This document shows, in pieces, positions 1 to 9,701 of a stretch of DNA of 51,990 nt. The notes beneath the pieces were generated by a model that saw only the letters and a program-made list of their open reading frames with translations, ran no database searches and was not told where the DNA came from. Within the stretch, counting starts at the first letter, position 1; each line of letters begins with the position of its first letter. This stretch comes from Bacteroidales bacterium (lineage in GTDB: Bacteria; Bacteroidota; Bacteroidia; Bacteroidales; UBA932). Location of the stretch: the NCBI GenBank assembly GCA_036639755.1, contig JAVWIB010000003.1, positions 1-51,990 on the forward strand. The letters run 5' to 3'. Made by a program: the position numbers and the translations under genes.

Positions 1-46
1 TACTGTATATTGTTTAAGATTCGTTCAGATAGGTAAATAGATCATT

Positions 47-1357
47 ATGAGAAAAATAACAAAAAATATTATGCTTTTAACGGTTGCCGTATTATGTTGC
101 GGCAATCTGTTAACGGCGCAGAACACAGAAGAAGATACCACGTTTGTCAACTACGAGGTTTATAAACAGAAAGTTCTTAATTACAGCAAGGAGATTATGA
201 AGAGTTCCGAGCAGAAAAAGGCAATGGAAGAGGCAGTGAAATATGCCAAAACCAACTATCTTCCCCGGATTGATTTCTCCGGTTCTGCGCAATACAGAAT
301 TAACGATTATAATATGGAACTGGGGGGAATGCCGTTTTCCATGCCCGGAGAAACCTATAGCCTTGGAGCCTCTCTTTCGCAGATTATTTATAACGGCGGT
401 GCCGTAAAAAATACGTTCAGGGCAGCTAAAATACAAGACAGTATTGCCGGTCATGCAGAGGCACTTACCTTGCAGAATATCTCCTATGCGGCCGATCTTA
501 ATTACTGGAGTGCTGTTGCTCAAAAAGACTTGTACAAAGCCATGTGCCAGTATGTAGATATTGTCTCCTCTTTGGAAGATATTCTTAAAATAAGATACGT
601 AGACGGATTAATAGCCAAAACAGACTATCTGCAAACTACTGCACGACTGAAAGAGGCGCAGATCAGCAAGAGCGAGGCTTATAAATCGTATCAGGTGGCT
701 CTGCAAAATCTTAATATCATGATGGGACGGGAGCCTTTTTCTGCTACCGCCCCTGTTGATTCCATAGCCCTTAAACTGCCCGATTTATCTTATCTAGGTT
801 TAGATCAGGCTCTTTTAAAACGTCCCGATTACAAAATATCCAATCTGCAGATAGACTATCAGCAAAAGCAATTAAGACTTGTACAAAGCCAGTTTAATCC
901 GCAGTTATCAATTGGAATTCAAGAAACATGGGGAACCCAGATGCTTAACTTTGACGGTTCCCGAATGTTTAACACCATAGCTTTTGCATCGTTAAAAGTT
1001 CCTTTGTTTGCATGGGGAGCACGATACAAAAGGGTGAACAGCCAGAAAGCAATGATTAATTCGGCAGACCTTGACCGCCAGATTGCTTTGGATAATATCT
1101 CAAAAGAACTCTCCAATTCATGGACCGAGTATCAGGAAAACGCCAAACAGATTAAGCTGGCATGGGATGCTATCGTAATCTCGCAGGAAAACCTTGAGAT
1201 TAACACCTTTAGCTACAACGAGGGTAAACTTACCATCTTGGATGTTCTCTCTGCGCAACTCAACTGGATTCAAGCTCACACCAAATACATCTCCACCCAG
1301 CTTATGCAGAAAGTCTCCAGATCGGCCTATCTAAAGGCTGTTGGGGAGATACGCTAG
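47..1357 (+). CDS. TolC-family outer-membrane efflux protein
   Basis: 436-aa ORF with signal peptide MRKITKNIMLLTVAVLCCGNLLTAQ. Size and repeated helical/strand pattern fit OEP/TolC-type outer-membrane factors. Partner pump genes would lie upstream of the window. Confidence 0.8.
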   Translation: MRKITKNIMLLTVAVLCCGNLLTAQNTEEDTTFVNYEVYKQKVLNYSKEIMKSSEQKKAMEEAVKYAKTNYLPRIDFSGSAQYRINDYNMELGGMPFSMPGETYSLGASLSQIIYNGGAVKNTFRAAKIQDSIAGHAEALTLQNISYAADLNYWSAVAQKDLYKAMCQYVDIVSSLEDILKIRYVDGLIAKTDYLQTTARLKEAQISKSEAYKSYQVALQNLNIMMGREPFSATAPVDSIALKLPDLSYLGLDQALLKRPDYKISNLQIDYQQKQLRLVQSQFNPQLSIGIQETWGTQMLNFDGSRMFNTIAFASLKVPLFAWGARYKRVNSQKAMINSADLDRQIALDNISKELSNSWTEYQENAKQIKLAWDAIVISQENLEINTFSYNEGKLTILDVLSAQLNWIQAHTKYISTQLMQKVSRSAYLKAVGEIR

Positions 1358-1418
1358 GTTACCTAGCGCATAAAAAACCTACATTTGTGGGTATGGAATA
1401 CTCAAAATCATAAGAGAG

Positions 1419-1465
1419 CAGTGTTGTCGGTCATTTACATGACGGCAGCACTGGTTCCGTTTTTG
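1419..1465 (+). terminator. Rho-independent terminator after the TolC-like gene
   Basis: Imperfect ~15-bp stem, cagtgttgtcggtcat / atgacggcagcactg (two G-U wobbles and one bulge), with loop ttac, followed by gttccgtttttgg. Confidence 0.6.
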
Positions 1466-1569
1466 GAGTGATCGGTGAACCCGGCGTTGCCGCAGATTGC
1501 GCATACGCTAACTCTCTTAGATTTAAATTATTTACATATGAGGAATGCGACACGGGTTAAAAAAATGGT

Positions 1570-1577
1570 TATATTTG
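1570..1577 (+). promoter_or_regulatory. Candidate Bacteroidetes -7 promoter box (TATATTTG)
   Basis: Matches the TAnnTTTG -7 consensus known for Bacteroides primary-sigma promoters. It lies about 140 nt upstream of the ATG at 1716. Confidence 0.35.
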
Positions 1578-1715
1578 CTGATAAAAATGACGTATATGGG
1601 ATCAATCTCTTTGAGCGAATACATTGCCATAAAATTGAAAGCCGGGAAATTGATATTTCAATGATTTTCCATTGCACCGGCTTATCAATAGCCGAGATTG
1701 AGAATTTGTAGAACT

Positions 1716-3191
1716 ATGATAAAAGTAAGGGCCAGAGTACATGATAAATTCTCGCTGGAATTTAAAGTGTGGTTTGAGAAAAACGAGATTCCCGATATTG
1801 GGAAAGAGGCCTTGTACAGGCTGGAGAGCTGGATTTTCTTACCGGACTCTTTGGATATTAATGCCATTACTTATTCAAGAGAACAATTTTATTCCAATAT
1901 AAAAAGCTATTACCGTGCTATTACCCCCGTCTATTCGCTGGAAAGTCTTGCTGCTGTTGCAACAGGGGCGGGTCACGGTAAAAGCAGTTATGAAAAAAAT
2001 ACTCCGCTGGAATTTCTCTCCAATGCGGTGTTAAATCTTATAGAGGATAGATCCAAGGTAAACATTGCAGATTATGAATACCAGATAAAGATGTATTGTG
2101 CCATTTTTAAAAGTGCAATGAGGGAGCGGTATCATGCTTTAAAAGAAGAGATGCAACAGGTGCCCGTTGCTGATAAAACCAAACTAGCAGAACGTTTCAG
2201 AAACTCGGTTTATGATGTGTTGAGGAGCTATAAAGAATTATCGGTGAGGCTCAGCGGAGAAATTAACGAAAAGCTATATGCTCCGTTTTTGCTGGGAGAA
2301 GAGTTTATTATTAATCTGGCGGAACTGTATTTTTATAAAAGTTATAATTTTACGGGAGATGGTGTTCGGCCGTTGGTTCAAATTGAGCAATACAAAGAGG
2401 AACGGGGTTACAGAGTGCTTCATAGAGGGGATAAGTGGGGAAACAGCAAGACGGTTTATCGTTGGAGTGTCCTTAAAAAATACATAGAAAGCGATTTGTT
2501 CCTAAAGGTGGATAAACGTAAAGACGGAGTTATGGCGGAGCAGGTTTATTATAGCCTTGCGGCAGGATTGTCTATGATTTTTGCTACGGTCATCTCGTTT
2601 TCGTTTCAGCAGAAATATGGGAATTTTACCATGCCGTTTTTTATTGCCCTTGTAATCAGTTATATGCTTAAAGATAGAATTAAGGAGTTGGTCCGTTATG
2701 CTTTTGCGTCTAACCGCAAACTAAAATATTTTGATAATAAGATAAAACTGGCGGTAAAAGATAGAGTCATAGGCGAGAGCAAGGAGGGATTTGATATTGT
2801 TCCGCAGTCCCAGATCCCCCACGCAATAAATGCTGCCAGGGGCCGCTCCCATACACTGGATATGGAAAATACGATCAGCCGGGAGAACGTGCTGTTTTAT
2901 AGGAACTTGGTAAAGATAGACAGGGCGTGTCTCAGTGCCACCTCCGATTATAGCATAGAGGGGATTAATGAGATTTTATTTTTTAACCTTTCAGATTATG
3001 TAAAAAAGATGGGTAACCCTCAATTACCTTATTTTATTATAGAAAACGAAACGGTTTCCGAGTTGCTTGTAGATAAGGTTTATTATATAAATTTTGTATT
3101 TCAGTTCAGCTGCAACGACGGCAGCTACCTTAAACGATACCGTATTACCCTTAACCGCAGCGGAATACTTGACTTAAAGGAGATGGAGTAA
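1716..3191 (+). CDS. Hypothetical two-TM membrane protein, family not recognised
   Basis: ATG at 1716; the track ORF starts at a TTG at 1698. No signal peptide. Two adjacent hydrophobic helices sit mid-protein (YYSLAAGLSMIFATVISFSF and MPFFIALVISYML). I recognise no catalytic or binding motif. The stop TAA overlaps the ATG of the next gene (TAATG at 3189-3193). Confidence 0.6.
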   Translation: MIKVRARVHDKFSLEFKVWFEKNEIPDIGKEALYRLESWIFLPDSLDINAITYSREQFYSNIKSYYRAITPVYSLESLAAVATGAGHGKSSYEKNTPLEFLSNAVLNLIEDRSKVNIADYEYQIKMYCAIFKSAMRERYHALKEEMQQVPVADKTKLAERFRNSVYDVLRSYKELSVRLSGEINEKLYAPFLLGEEFIINLAELYFYKSYNFTGDGVRPLVQIEQYKEERGYRVLHRGDKWGNSKTVYRWSVLKKYIESDLFLKVDKRKDGVMAEQVYYSLAAGLSMIFATVISFSFQQKYGNFTMPFFIALVISYMLKDRIKELVRYAFASNRKLKYFDNKIKLAVKDRVIGESKEGFDIVPQSQIPHAINAARGRSHTLDMENTISRENVLFYRNLVKIDRACLSATSDYSIEGINEILFFNLSDYVKKMGNPQLPYFIIENETVSELLVDKVYYINFVFQFSCNDGSYLKRYRITLNRSGILDLKEME

Positions 3192-3754
3192 TGGATGAAC
3201 AATATTCACACGAGCAGGAATTTGCCAGATTAAAGGAGCAATGGTATGCCAGATTACGGACATTTGCAATATCGTATGTGCGTGATGGGGAGACAGCAGA
3301 AGATCTTATTCAGGATACAATCCTTAAAATATGGGAAAGCGGGGTGGATATCTCTTCCTGTGAAAATATAGGGGCATTATTATATACTATTTTAAGAAAT
3401 AAATGCCTGGATTATATTAAACATAAGCTGGTAGAGTTAAAGCATGCGAGCTTTATTACGGAGGAGTATAATTCGTTATTGACCAATCAATATGCACTGG
3501 AAGATAATTCAATTCATATTATCACAAACAATCAAATAAAAGAGGCACTCAATACAGCCTTGCAAAAACTCCCCCGACAAACCAGAGATGTATTTGTAAT
3601 GAATAAATTCAACGATCTTAAATACAAAGAAATTGCGGAAGAGTTATCGATTTCCGTAAAAACGGTAGAATATCATATTTCTAAGGCATTCAGTTTGTTA
3701 AGAAAGGAGATGGGGGGCTATTATACCTTGCTGTACCTTATTATAAACATCTGA
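3191..3754 (+). CDS. ECF-type RNA polymerase sigma-70 factor
   Basis: 187 aa with a region-2-like segment (AEDLIQDTILKIWE) and a region-4 HTH (LKYKEIAEELSISVKTVEYHISKA). A FecR-like gene follows immediately. Confidence 0.9.
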   Translation: MDEQYSHEQEFARLKEQWYARLRTFAISYVRDGETAEDLIQDTILKIWESGVDISSCENIGALLYTILRNKCLDYIKHKLVELKHASFITEEYNSLLTNQYALEDNSIHIITNNQIKEALNTALQKLPRQTRDVFVMNKFNDLKYKEIAEELSISVKTVEYHISKAFSLLRKEMGGYYTLLYLIINI

Positions 3755-3825
3755 GATCAAATAAAAATAATAAAAAATTAAAAATCCCACTAGGGATATT
3801 TTTTACTGTGTCGTTATATAATCAA

Positions 3826-4791
3826 ATGGAACAAGAAAAATTAATCCGATTTATTGCCGGCCAATCTTCTGCCAGTGAACAGAAAGAGATCATGAGCTGG
3901 ATTGAGCAAAGTCCCGATCATAAAAAGACATTTGCCCAACTTAAAAACATGAATGTGGCCGTGGATCTTCTTGCGGAGGAGGGGGGAACTGTAAAGATCT
4001 CCAAGCCGGTAAAATTATCGGTGAAGCTAAAGCCCATCTTTACCTGGGGGGCAAAAGTTGCAGCGGTCATAGTCATTGGACTTTCCATTTTTTATTGGGG
4101 CAGGCAGGATGAAAAGGCAAAATGGGTAAAGAGTGCGGGGGCGCAATTTACCGAGATAAAAGTACCTATGGGGGAATCTGTCTCTATTCATCTTCCCGAC
4201 GGCTCTTCTGTTAAATTAAACAGCGGCTCGGTTCTTAAGTTTTCCAAACTGTTCGGACACGAAAACCGCCAGCTCTCCTTAAATGGTGAAGGATACTTTA
4301 AGGTGAAGAAAAATGATAAGCGATTTATTGTAAAAACATCGGATATTAATCTTGAGGTGCTGGGGACCACATTCAATGTATCTGCCTATGACGTGGATAA
4401 TACCGTAACGGCATCTCTGTACAAAGGGAAAGTTAAAGTATACAATAAAGTTATTAGGGAGGCGGTGATTTTGAATCCCGACGATTCTTACGTCTTTGAT
4501 AAAATCACAAAGGAATCTACGGTACGCGGGTTTAATAAGGAACACGGATGGACTAATAACTATTTTGTGGCTAACCGTGACGATATAGAGTTGTTTGTAA
4601 AAAAGATAGAGCGTAAATACAATGTAAAAATTGTAGTTGCTCCGGAGCTAAGGGGAAAATGTCGGTATACCGGAGTATTTAAAGGAGAATCCTTAAATGA
4701 AATTTTGCAAAATATGGCACTGGCTTCTCCTATAACGTACGAGATAAACAATAACGCAGTATTTATCAAATATAAAAAGAAGAAACGATAA
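3826..4791 (+). CDS. FecR-family anti-sigma factor
   Basis: ATG at 3826; the track ORF starts at GTG 3808. N-terminal cytoplasmic segment, one TM helix (AAVIVIGLSIFYWG), then a periplasmic FecR-like region (LPDGSSVKLNSGSVLKF ... GEGYFKV). It lies between the ECF sigma and an STN-bearing SusC. Confidence 0.88.
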   Translation: MEQEKLIRFIAGQSSASEQKEIMSWIEQSPDHKKTFAQLKNMNVAVDLLAEEGGTVKISKPVKLSVKLKPIFTWGAKVAAVIVIGLSIFYWGRQDEKAKWVKSAGAQFTEIKVPMGESVSIHLPDGSSVKLNSGSVLKFSKLFGHENRQLSLNGEGYFKVKKNDKRFIVKTSDINLEVLGTTFNVSAYDVDNTVTASLYKGKVKVYNKVIREAVILNPDDSYVFDKITKESTVRGFNKEHGWTNNYFVANRDDIELFVKKIERKYNVKIVVAPELRGKCRYTGVFKGESLNEILQNMALASPITYEINNNAVFIKYKKKKR

Positions 4792-4820
4792 CCAAATTAT
4801 TAATTAAAACTATAATAACC

Positions 4821-7800
4821 ATGAAATTCTTATCGGGCGGAACGCTAAAACGCTTAGTTACTGTTGTCTGCTTTATAGCCCTTAGTATAGGACTATTTGC
4901 TCAAGATGTAAGTAAAATGAAGTTCTCTGTGAAAGAGAGCAACACCAGTATCAAAAGGGTGTTGGAACAAGTAGAAAAAAATAATCATATCCGGTTTTTC
5001 TATGACGAAAAAAGCATTAATGTAAATATGGTAAGGAATGTAGATGTAAAAGATGTTACATTTCAGGAATTACTGAATGCTATGTTTGATGGTGCGGTAA
5101 CTTATGCCGTCTCCGATAACGGTCTTATTACCTTAACCAAAGATAAGGTGCAGCAAAAGAATGGACTAATCATAGGGGGTAGCGTAAAGGACAATACAAA
5201 TATGCCGCTAAGTGGCGTATATGTCTATGTAAAAGGAACTCAGAAAGGGGCTTATTCAGATAGTAACGGTTTGTTTACGTTGGAGAATGTCGCTGCGGAA
5301 TCAGATATTATTTTTGATTATATTGGGATGAAACCTCAAACCGTGCGTGTTGCAACAAGTAAAAATCTTACCATTACATTGGAAGAAGATGCCGTAGTAT
5401 TGGAAGATGTCATTATTACCGGTTACGGTAGTTTTAAGAAATCTGCTTATGCGGGTTCTGCGTCTACCATTAAAACCGAGGGGATGAAAGATGTGCCGGC
5501 AGTTTCCGTTTCGGCCATGTTGCAGGCAAACGCTCCGGGCGTATCCGTAACAGGTTCTTCCGGGCAACCCGGTGCGGCTCCTACAATCCGTATCAGAGGT
5601 ATGGGTTCTTTTAATGCCTCCAATGCTCCGCTCTATGTAATAGACGGTGTCCCTGTAATATCGGGAGACATAAATAATAGCGGAAGCGATTCCGGAACAG
5701 ATATGATGGCTACTATTAATCCTAGTGATATTGAGAATGTTACTGTTATTAAAGATGCTGCTGCAGCCTCTCTCTACGGTTCCAGAGCTGCCAATGGCGT
5801 TATCCTCATTACTACCAAATCGGGTAAAAAAGGGAAAGCTCAGTTTAATTTTAAAAGCGACTGGGGTGTAAGTGATTTTGCCTATAGATACAGACCTGCT
5901 ATGCAGGGAGATGAAAGGAGGGAGTTTATTTATGATGCAATGAAGAGAAAGATTCTATACGATTCAAAAACTCCCGGAACAGAGGCTGAAGCAATTGCTT
6001 ATGCCGATGCAAATATAGATAAGGTTGCTGCAAAGCCTTGGTGCGGATGGGTAGATTGGGAAGATGTCTTGTTAAGAAACGGATTTCATCAAAATTACGA
6101 ATTTTCGGTATCCGGCGGTGCAGATAAATTTACATATTATTCTTCATTCAGCTATACAGACCAGCAGGGTGTGCAGTATCAACAAGGTTTGAGCAGGCTT
6201 ACCGGTAGAGTAAATGTGAAATACGATGCTGCCAAATGGCTGCAATTGGGTGCCAACATTTTATTCTCCGATATGAACCAGAATATAGGATCGGACGGTA
6301 TGGAGTATATGTCTCCTTTGTATTCTTCCAAACATAAACTTACCCCTTCGGATGCTGTTTATAACGAGGATGGTACCTATAATGAAGATTTACAATCAAA
6401 CGGAAACAGGAATCCAAAAGCTTCTTTGGATCATGATTATGATAAGCAACGTGTTACCAGAGTCTTTAATACGGCTTATGCACAAATACAGTTCTATAAA
6501 GACTTAAAATTAAAAAGTACATTTAGTTATGATTTTACCGTTTCAAAAGCTAAAAGCTGGTCGGATCCAAGAACATCCAGTGGTGCTGCAAGCAACGGAA
6601 GTGCAAGTAAATCGTATTATGATTATAACCAGATGGTTTGGTCTACCAATTTGAACTATGTGAAAACACTTGGGGAGAATCACCACCTGGATGCTCTTAT
6701 TGCTTATGAGATTTCTGATTATAAAACAGATTATTTATCGGGAAATCAGGCTAATTTTGCAAACCCTAATTACAATGCAATTGGGAATGGAGCTGTTCCT
6801 AAGTCTATTGGAGGGAACGGAAGCGGAAACAGATTGGTGTCTTATGTCTCAAAAATAAATTATGATTGGAATAACAGATACTATCTGGGTGCAAGTTATC
6901 GTCTGGATGGCAGTTCAAGACTGCACAGAGATAGTCGCTGGGGAAGTTTCTGGTCTGTATCGGGAGCATGGAGATTCTCCGAAGAGGGATTCTTTAATGG
7001 TCTGAAAGATATTTTTCCAGATGCCAAATTAAGAGTTTCTTATGGCGTAAACGGAACTCTTCCATCTAGTTATTATGCTTATATGAACTTGACGAGTCTT
7101 ACTCCTTCTTATAATAATGAGATTGGAATTGCCGGTTCGTCCATTGCACAAAAAGATTTATTATGGGAAAATAACTATACAACCAATGTGGGTATAGATG
7201 TAAATATCAAAAATGCGGTAAACGTTACTTTTGAATATTATAGTAGAACAACCAAAAATCTGTTGATGGATATGCCTATCTCGCTTATATCGGGGTTCAA
7301 TAGTTATATGACAAATATTGGTAAAGTGAGGAACAACGGTGTGGAATTAACCATTAACTCCACCAATTTTGATAGGAAGAATTTCTCGTGGACTACCTCT
7401 TTTAATCTGGGACATAATAAAAATAAGATCTTGGTTCTGGATGGAATACAAGATGAGATAGTAAGCGGTAGCAGCATTCGAAGAGTAGGTCTTCCTTATT
7501 ATACCTATTATATGATTGAATTTGCAGGTATTAATCCGCAAACCGGGAAAGCTCAATATTATAAAAATGATATTGATGCAAACGGAAACTACAACAAAGA
7601 GATTACAGAAGAGACCTCGGGAGAAGACGGAGCCAAACCGATTGCCGATAAGTCTCCGTTTCCTACGGTATCTATGGGGCTGACCAATACATTCAGATAT
7701 AGATTTATTGATCTTAGTTTTACTCTCTCATCAACTCTAGGCGGTTATTCTTATGATAATGCTGCTCAGAAATCGCAGACTTCGGGATCCGGTGACGGTG

Positions 7801-8156
7801 CAAAAAATCAGATTCCGTTATATTACAGAGACAGCTGGAAAAAACCGGGTGATATAACTACGTACGAAGCATGGATTTATAACAATACCTCAAAAATGTC
7901 TTCTCCGGCAAACAGCAGAAGATTGCATAGCACCAACCATTTAAGAGTCAAGAATTTTACATTGGGCCTTACAATGCCAAAAACATGGACGGAAAAGATA
8001 AGTATTAATAAAGTCAGAGTTTATTTCTCTGCTTATAATATGCTTACGTGGGCTGCCTTTAACGAATATGATCCCGAAGTTCCTGTAAACGGATCGGTTG
8101 GTTATAATACTCCCCCTTTGAGAACATTAACATTTGGTTTAGACATTAATTTTTAA
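4821..8156 (+). CDS. SusC/RagA-family TonB-linked outer-membrane transporter with N-terminal STN signalling domain
   Basis: 1111 aa. Signal peptide, then an STN-like segment (FSVKESNTSIKRVLEQVEKNNHIRFFYDE), a carboxypeptidase-regulatory-like domain (GGSVKDNTNMPLSGVYVYVKGT) and a plug motif (AAAASLYGSRAANGVILITTK). The barrel ends LTFGLDINF. A SusD-like gene follows after 11 nt. Confidence 0.95.
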   Translation: MKFLSGGTLKRLVTVVCFIALSIGLFAQDVSKMKFSVKESNTSIKRVLEQVEKNNHIRFFYDEKSINVNMVRNVDVKDVTFQELLNAMFDGAVTYAVSDNGLITLTKDKVQQKNGLIIGGSVKDNTNMPLSGVYVYVKGTQKGAYSDSNGLFTLENVAAESDIIFDYIGMKPQTVRVATSKNLTITLEEDAVVLEDVIITGYGSFKKSAYAGSASTIKTEGMKDVPAVSVSAMLQANAPGVSVTGSSGQPGAAPTIRIRGMGSFNASNAPLYVIDGVPVISGDINNSGSDSGTDMMATINPSDIENVTVIKDAAAASLYGSRAANGVILITTKSGKKGKAQFNFKSDWGVSDFAYRYRPAMQGDERREFIYDAMKRKILYDSKTPGTEAEAIAYADANIDKVAAKPWCGWVDWEDVLLRNGFHQNYEFSVSGGADKFTYYSSFSYTDQQGVQYQQGLSRLTGRVNVKYDAAKWLQLGANILFSDMNQNIGSDGMEYMSPLYSSKHKLTPSDAVYNEDGTYNEDLQSNGNRNPKASLDHDYDKQRVTRVFNTAYAQIQFYKDLKLKSTFSYDFTVSKAKSWSDPRTSSGAASNGSASKSYYDYNQMVWSTNLNYVKTLGENHHLDALIAYEISDYKTDYLSGNQANFANPNYNAIGNGAVPKSIGGNGSGNRLVSYVSKINYDWNNRYYLGASYRLDGSSRLHRDSRWGSFWSVSGAWRFSEEGFFNGLKDIFPDAKLRVSYGVNGTLPSSYYAYMNLTSLTPSYNNEIGIAGSSIAQKDLLWENNYTTNVGIDVNIKNAVNVTFEYYSRTTKNLLMDMPISLISGFNSYMTNIGKVRNNGVELTINSTNFDRKNFSWTTSFNLGHNKNKILVLDGIQDEIVSGSSIRRVGLPYYTYYMIEFAGINPQTGKAQYYKNDIDANGNYNKEITEETSGEDGAKPIADKSPFPTVSMGLTNTFRYRFIDLSFTLSSTLGGYSYDNAAQKSQTSGSGDGAKNQIPLYYRDSWKKPGDITTYEAWIYNNTSKMSSPANSRRLHSTNHLRVKNFTLGLTMPKTWTEKISINKVRVYFSAYNMLTWAAFNEYDPEVPVNGSVGYNTPPLRTLTFGLDINF

Positions 8157-8167
8157 TTCACATACTT

Positions 8168-9607
8168 ATGAAATATATATATAAATTATTTGTGTTGCCG
8201 TTAGTAGGATTTATGCTATCGGCTTGTGGAAACGACTGGTTGGATTTACAGCCGGAAAACAAAATAGATACGGATCTTGCAATAGAAGAGTTATCCGATG
8301 CGGAAGCCGGTATTATAGGGATATACAGTGCGCTTCAGGATTATGAATACTACGGTGCCAGAATGTCTTATTATGGAGATGTTGTAGGTGATGATATGCA
8401 ATCGAACAGTGATACCAAGCGTTGTGCATCTTTCTACAGATATGCCTATACTGCAGAGAATGCTCCCCGTTCGTTATGGGAGCAACCCTATATTGTTATA
8501 AATCTTGCCAATACTATTCTGGCATCGCTTGATCATATTCCGGTTCTGGAGGGAGAAAAAAGCAGGCTCAATGCAGTAAAAGGGCAAGCACTGTATTTTA
8601 GAGCAATGGCACATTTTGATGTTACCAAAGTATATGGCTATCCTTATGCAAAAGATAACGGAGCCTCTTTTGGTGCAGCCATTGTAAAAAAACCGTTGGA
8701 TTATAAAGAAAAAATTAAAAGAAATACCGTAGCAGAGTGCTATGACCAATTAATTATCCCTGACCTTATAGAAGCAGCTACTCTTTTATCAGATAAAAAA
8801 TCAGACGCTAAAATTACCAAATGGGGAGCAAAATTATTACTCAGCAGAGTCTATCTTTACAAAGGTGAAAACGACAAAGCACTTAAAGAGGCCGAAGAAT
8901 GTATTTCCGGAGCAGAGAAAGCAGGATACTCTCTTTTATCCAACAAAGACTATTTTAGCGGTTGGATGAAAAAATACAATTCCGAATCTTTATTTGAGAT
9001 AGCCAATTTAGTTACTGATAATGCCGGTAATGACGGACTTCCTTTTCTTCTTTGGGATAAAGGTTATGATGATATTATTCTTACAAAATCATTCAGCGAT
9101 ATCTTAACAAAAGATAAAAATGATGTTAGGAATCTTGTAACGACCAAAGGAACAAAAAAGCCTAAAAATAAAAAATACAATTGTTATATACTAAAATGTG
9201 CCAACACGGTAGATGATGATATAAGAAGCTCGAATGTTATTTTGCTCAGATTATCGGAGGCCTATCTGAATGCTGCGGAAGCTGCTGTTAAAACCAGCGA
9301 CAATGCAAAAGCCGTTAAATACCTTAAAGAGATTGTAGAGAGAGCCAATCCTGCAAACACCGTAAAAGGTACCGTAACTCTTACTCAGGTATTGGAAGAG
9401 AGACGAAAAGAACTATTTGGAGAAGGACATCGTGCATTTGATTTGCTAAGAAACGGCCTTCCTATTAAACGTGTTGGAAGTAGCCACAGTGCCGTTCTTC
9501 CCGATTATGCAAAAACAATCGATTGGAATAATTACAGATGCGTTCTCCCTATTCCTAAATATGAGATAAACGCAAATGATGCTATCCAGCAAAATCCGGA
9601 ATGGTAA
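8168..9607 (+). CDS. SusD/RagB-family nutrient-binding outer-membrane lipoprotein
   Basis: 479 aa with a lipoprotein signal (GFMLSAC). Length and helical TPR-like composition are typical, and it sits directly downstream of SusC. Confidence 0.92.
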   Translation: MKYIYKLFVLPLVGFMLSACGNDWLDLQPENKIDTDLAIEELSDAEAGIIGIYSALQDYEYYGARMSYYGDVVGDDMQSNSDTKRCASFYRYAYTAENAPRSLWEQPYIVINLANTILASLDHIPVLEGEKSRLNAVKGQALYFRAMAHFDVTKVYGYPYAKDNGASFGAAIVKKPLDYKEKIKRNTVAECYDQLIIPDLIEAATLLSDKKSDAKITKWGAKLLLSRVYLYKGENDKALKEAEECISGAEKAGYSLLSNKDYFSGWMKKYNSESLFEIANLVTDNAGNDGLPFLLWDKGYDDIILTKSFSDILTKDKNDVRNLVTTKGTKKPKNKKYNCYILKCANTVDDDIRSSNVILLRLSEAYLNAAEAAVKTSDNAKAVKYLKEIVERANPANTVKGTVTLTQVLEERRKELFGEGHRAFDLLRNGLPIKRVGSSHSAVLPDYAKTIDWNNYRCVLPIPKYEINANDAIQQNPEW

Positions 9608-9656
9608 TCATAAATATTTTTTAAGTTAAGTGTAAATAGTAAATTTGTACCGGAGT

Positions 9657-9687
9657 GGCCGTCCAGAAGGATGGCCTCTCTTTTCTC
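9657..9687 (+). terminator. Hairpin with T-rich tail between susD-like and phosphoesterase genes
   Basis: ggccgtcc-agaa-ggatggcc forms an 8-bp stem with one G-U wobble, followed by tctcttttctc. It could act as a partial terminator or attenuator. Confidence 0.45.
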
Positions 9688-9701
9688 AAAAACAAACCGT
9701 C

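Noticed and set aside
1475-1711. 78-aa ORF (GTG start) upstream of the unknown membrane protein. Its C-terminus (REIDISMIFHCTGLSIAEIENL) vaguely resembles the start of a sigma-70 region-4 / LuxR-type HTH.
   Set aside because: It stops in the middle of the would-be HTH and no frame continues it. It spans the terminator tail and the candidate promoter box at 1570-1577, and it overlaps the start of the next gene. It is most likely non-coding leader DNA, or at best an unprovable remnant.
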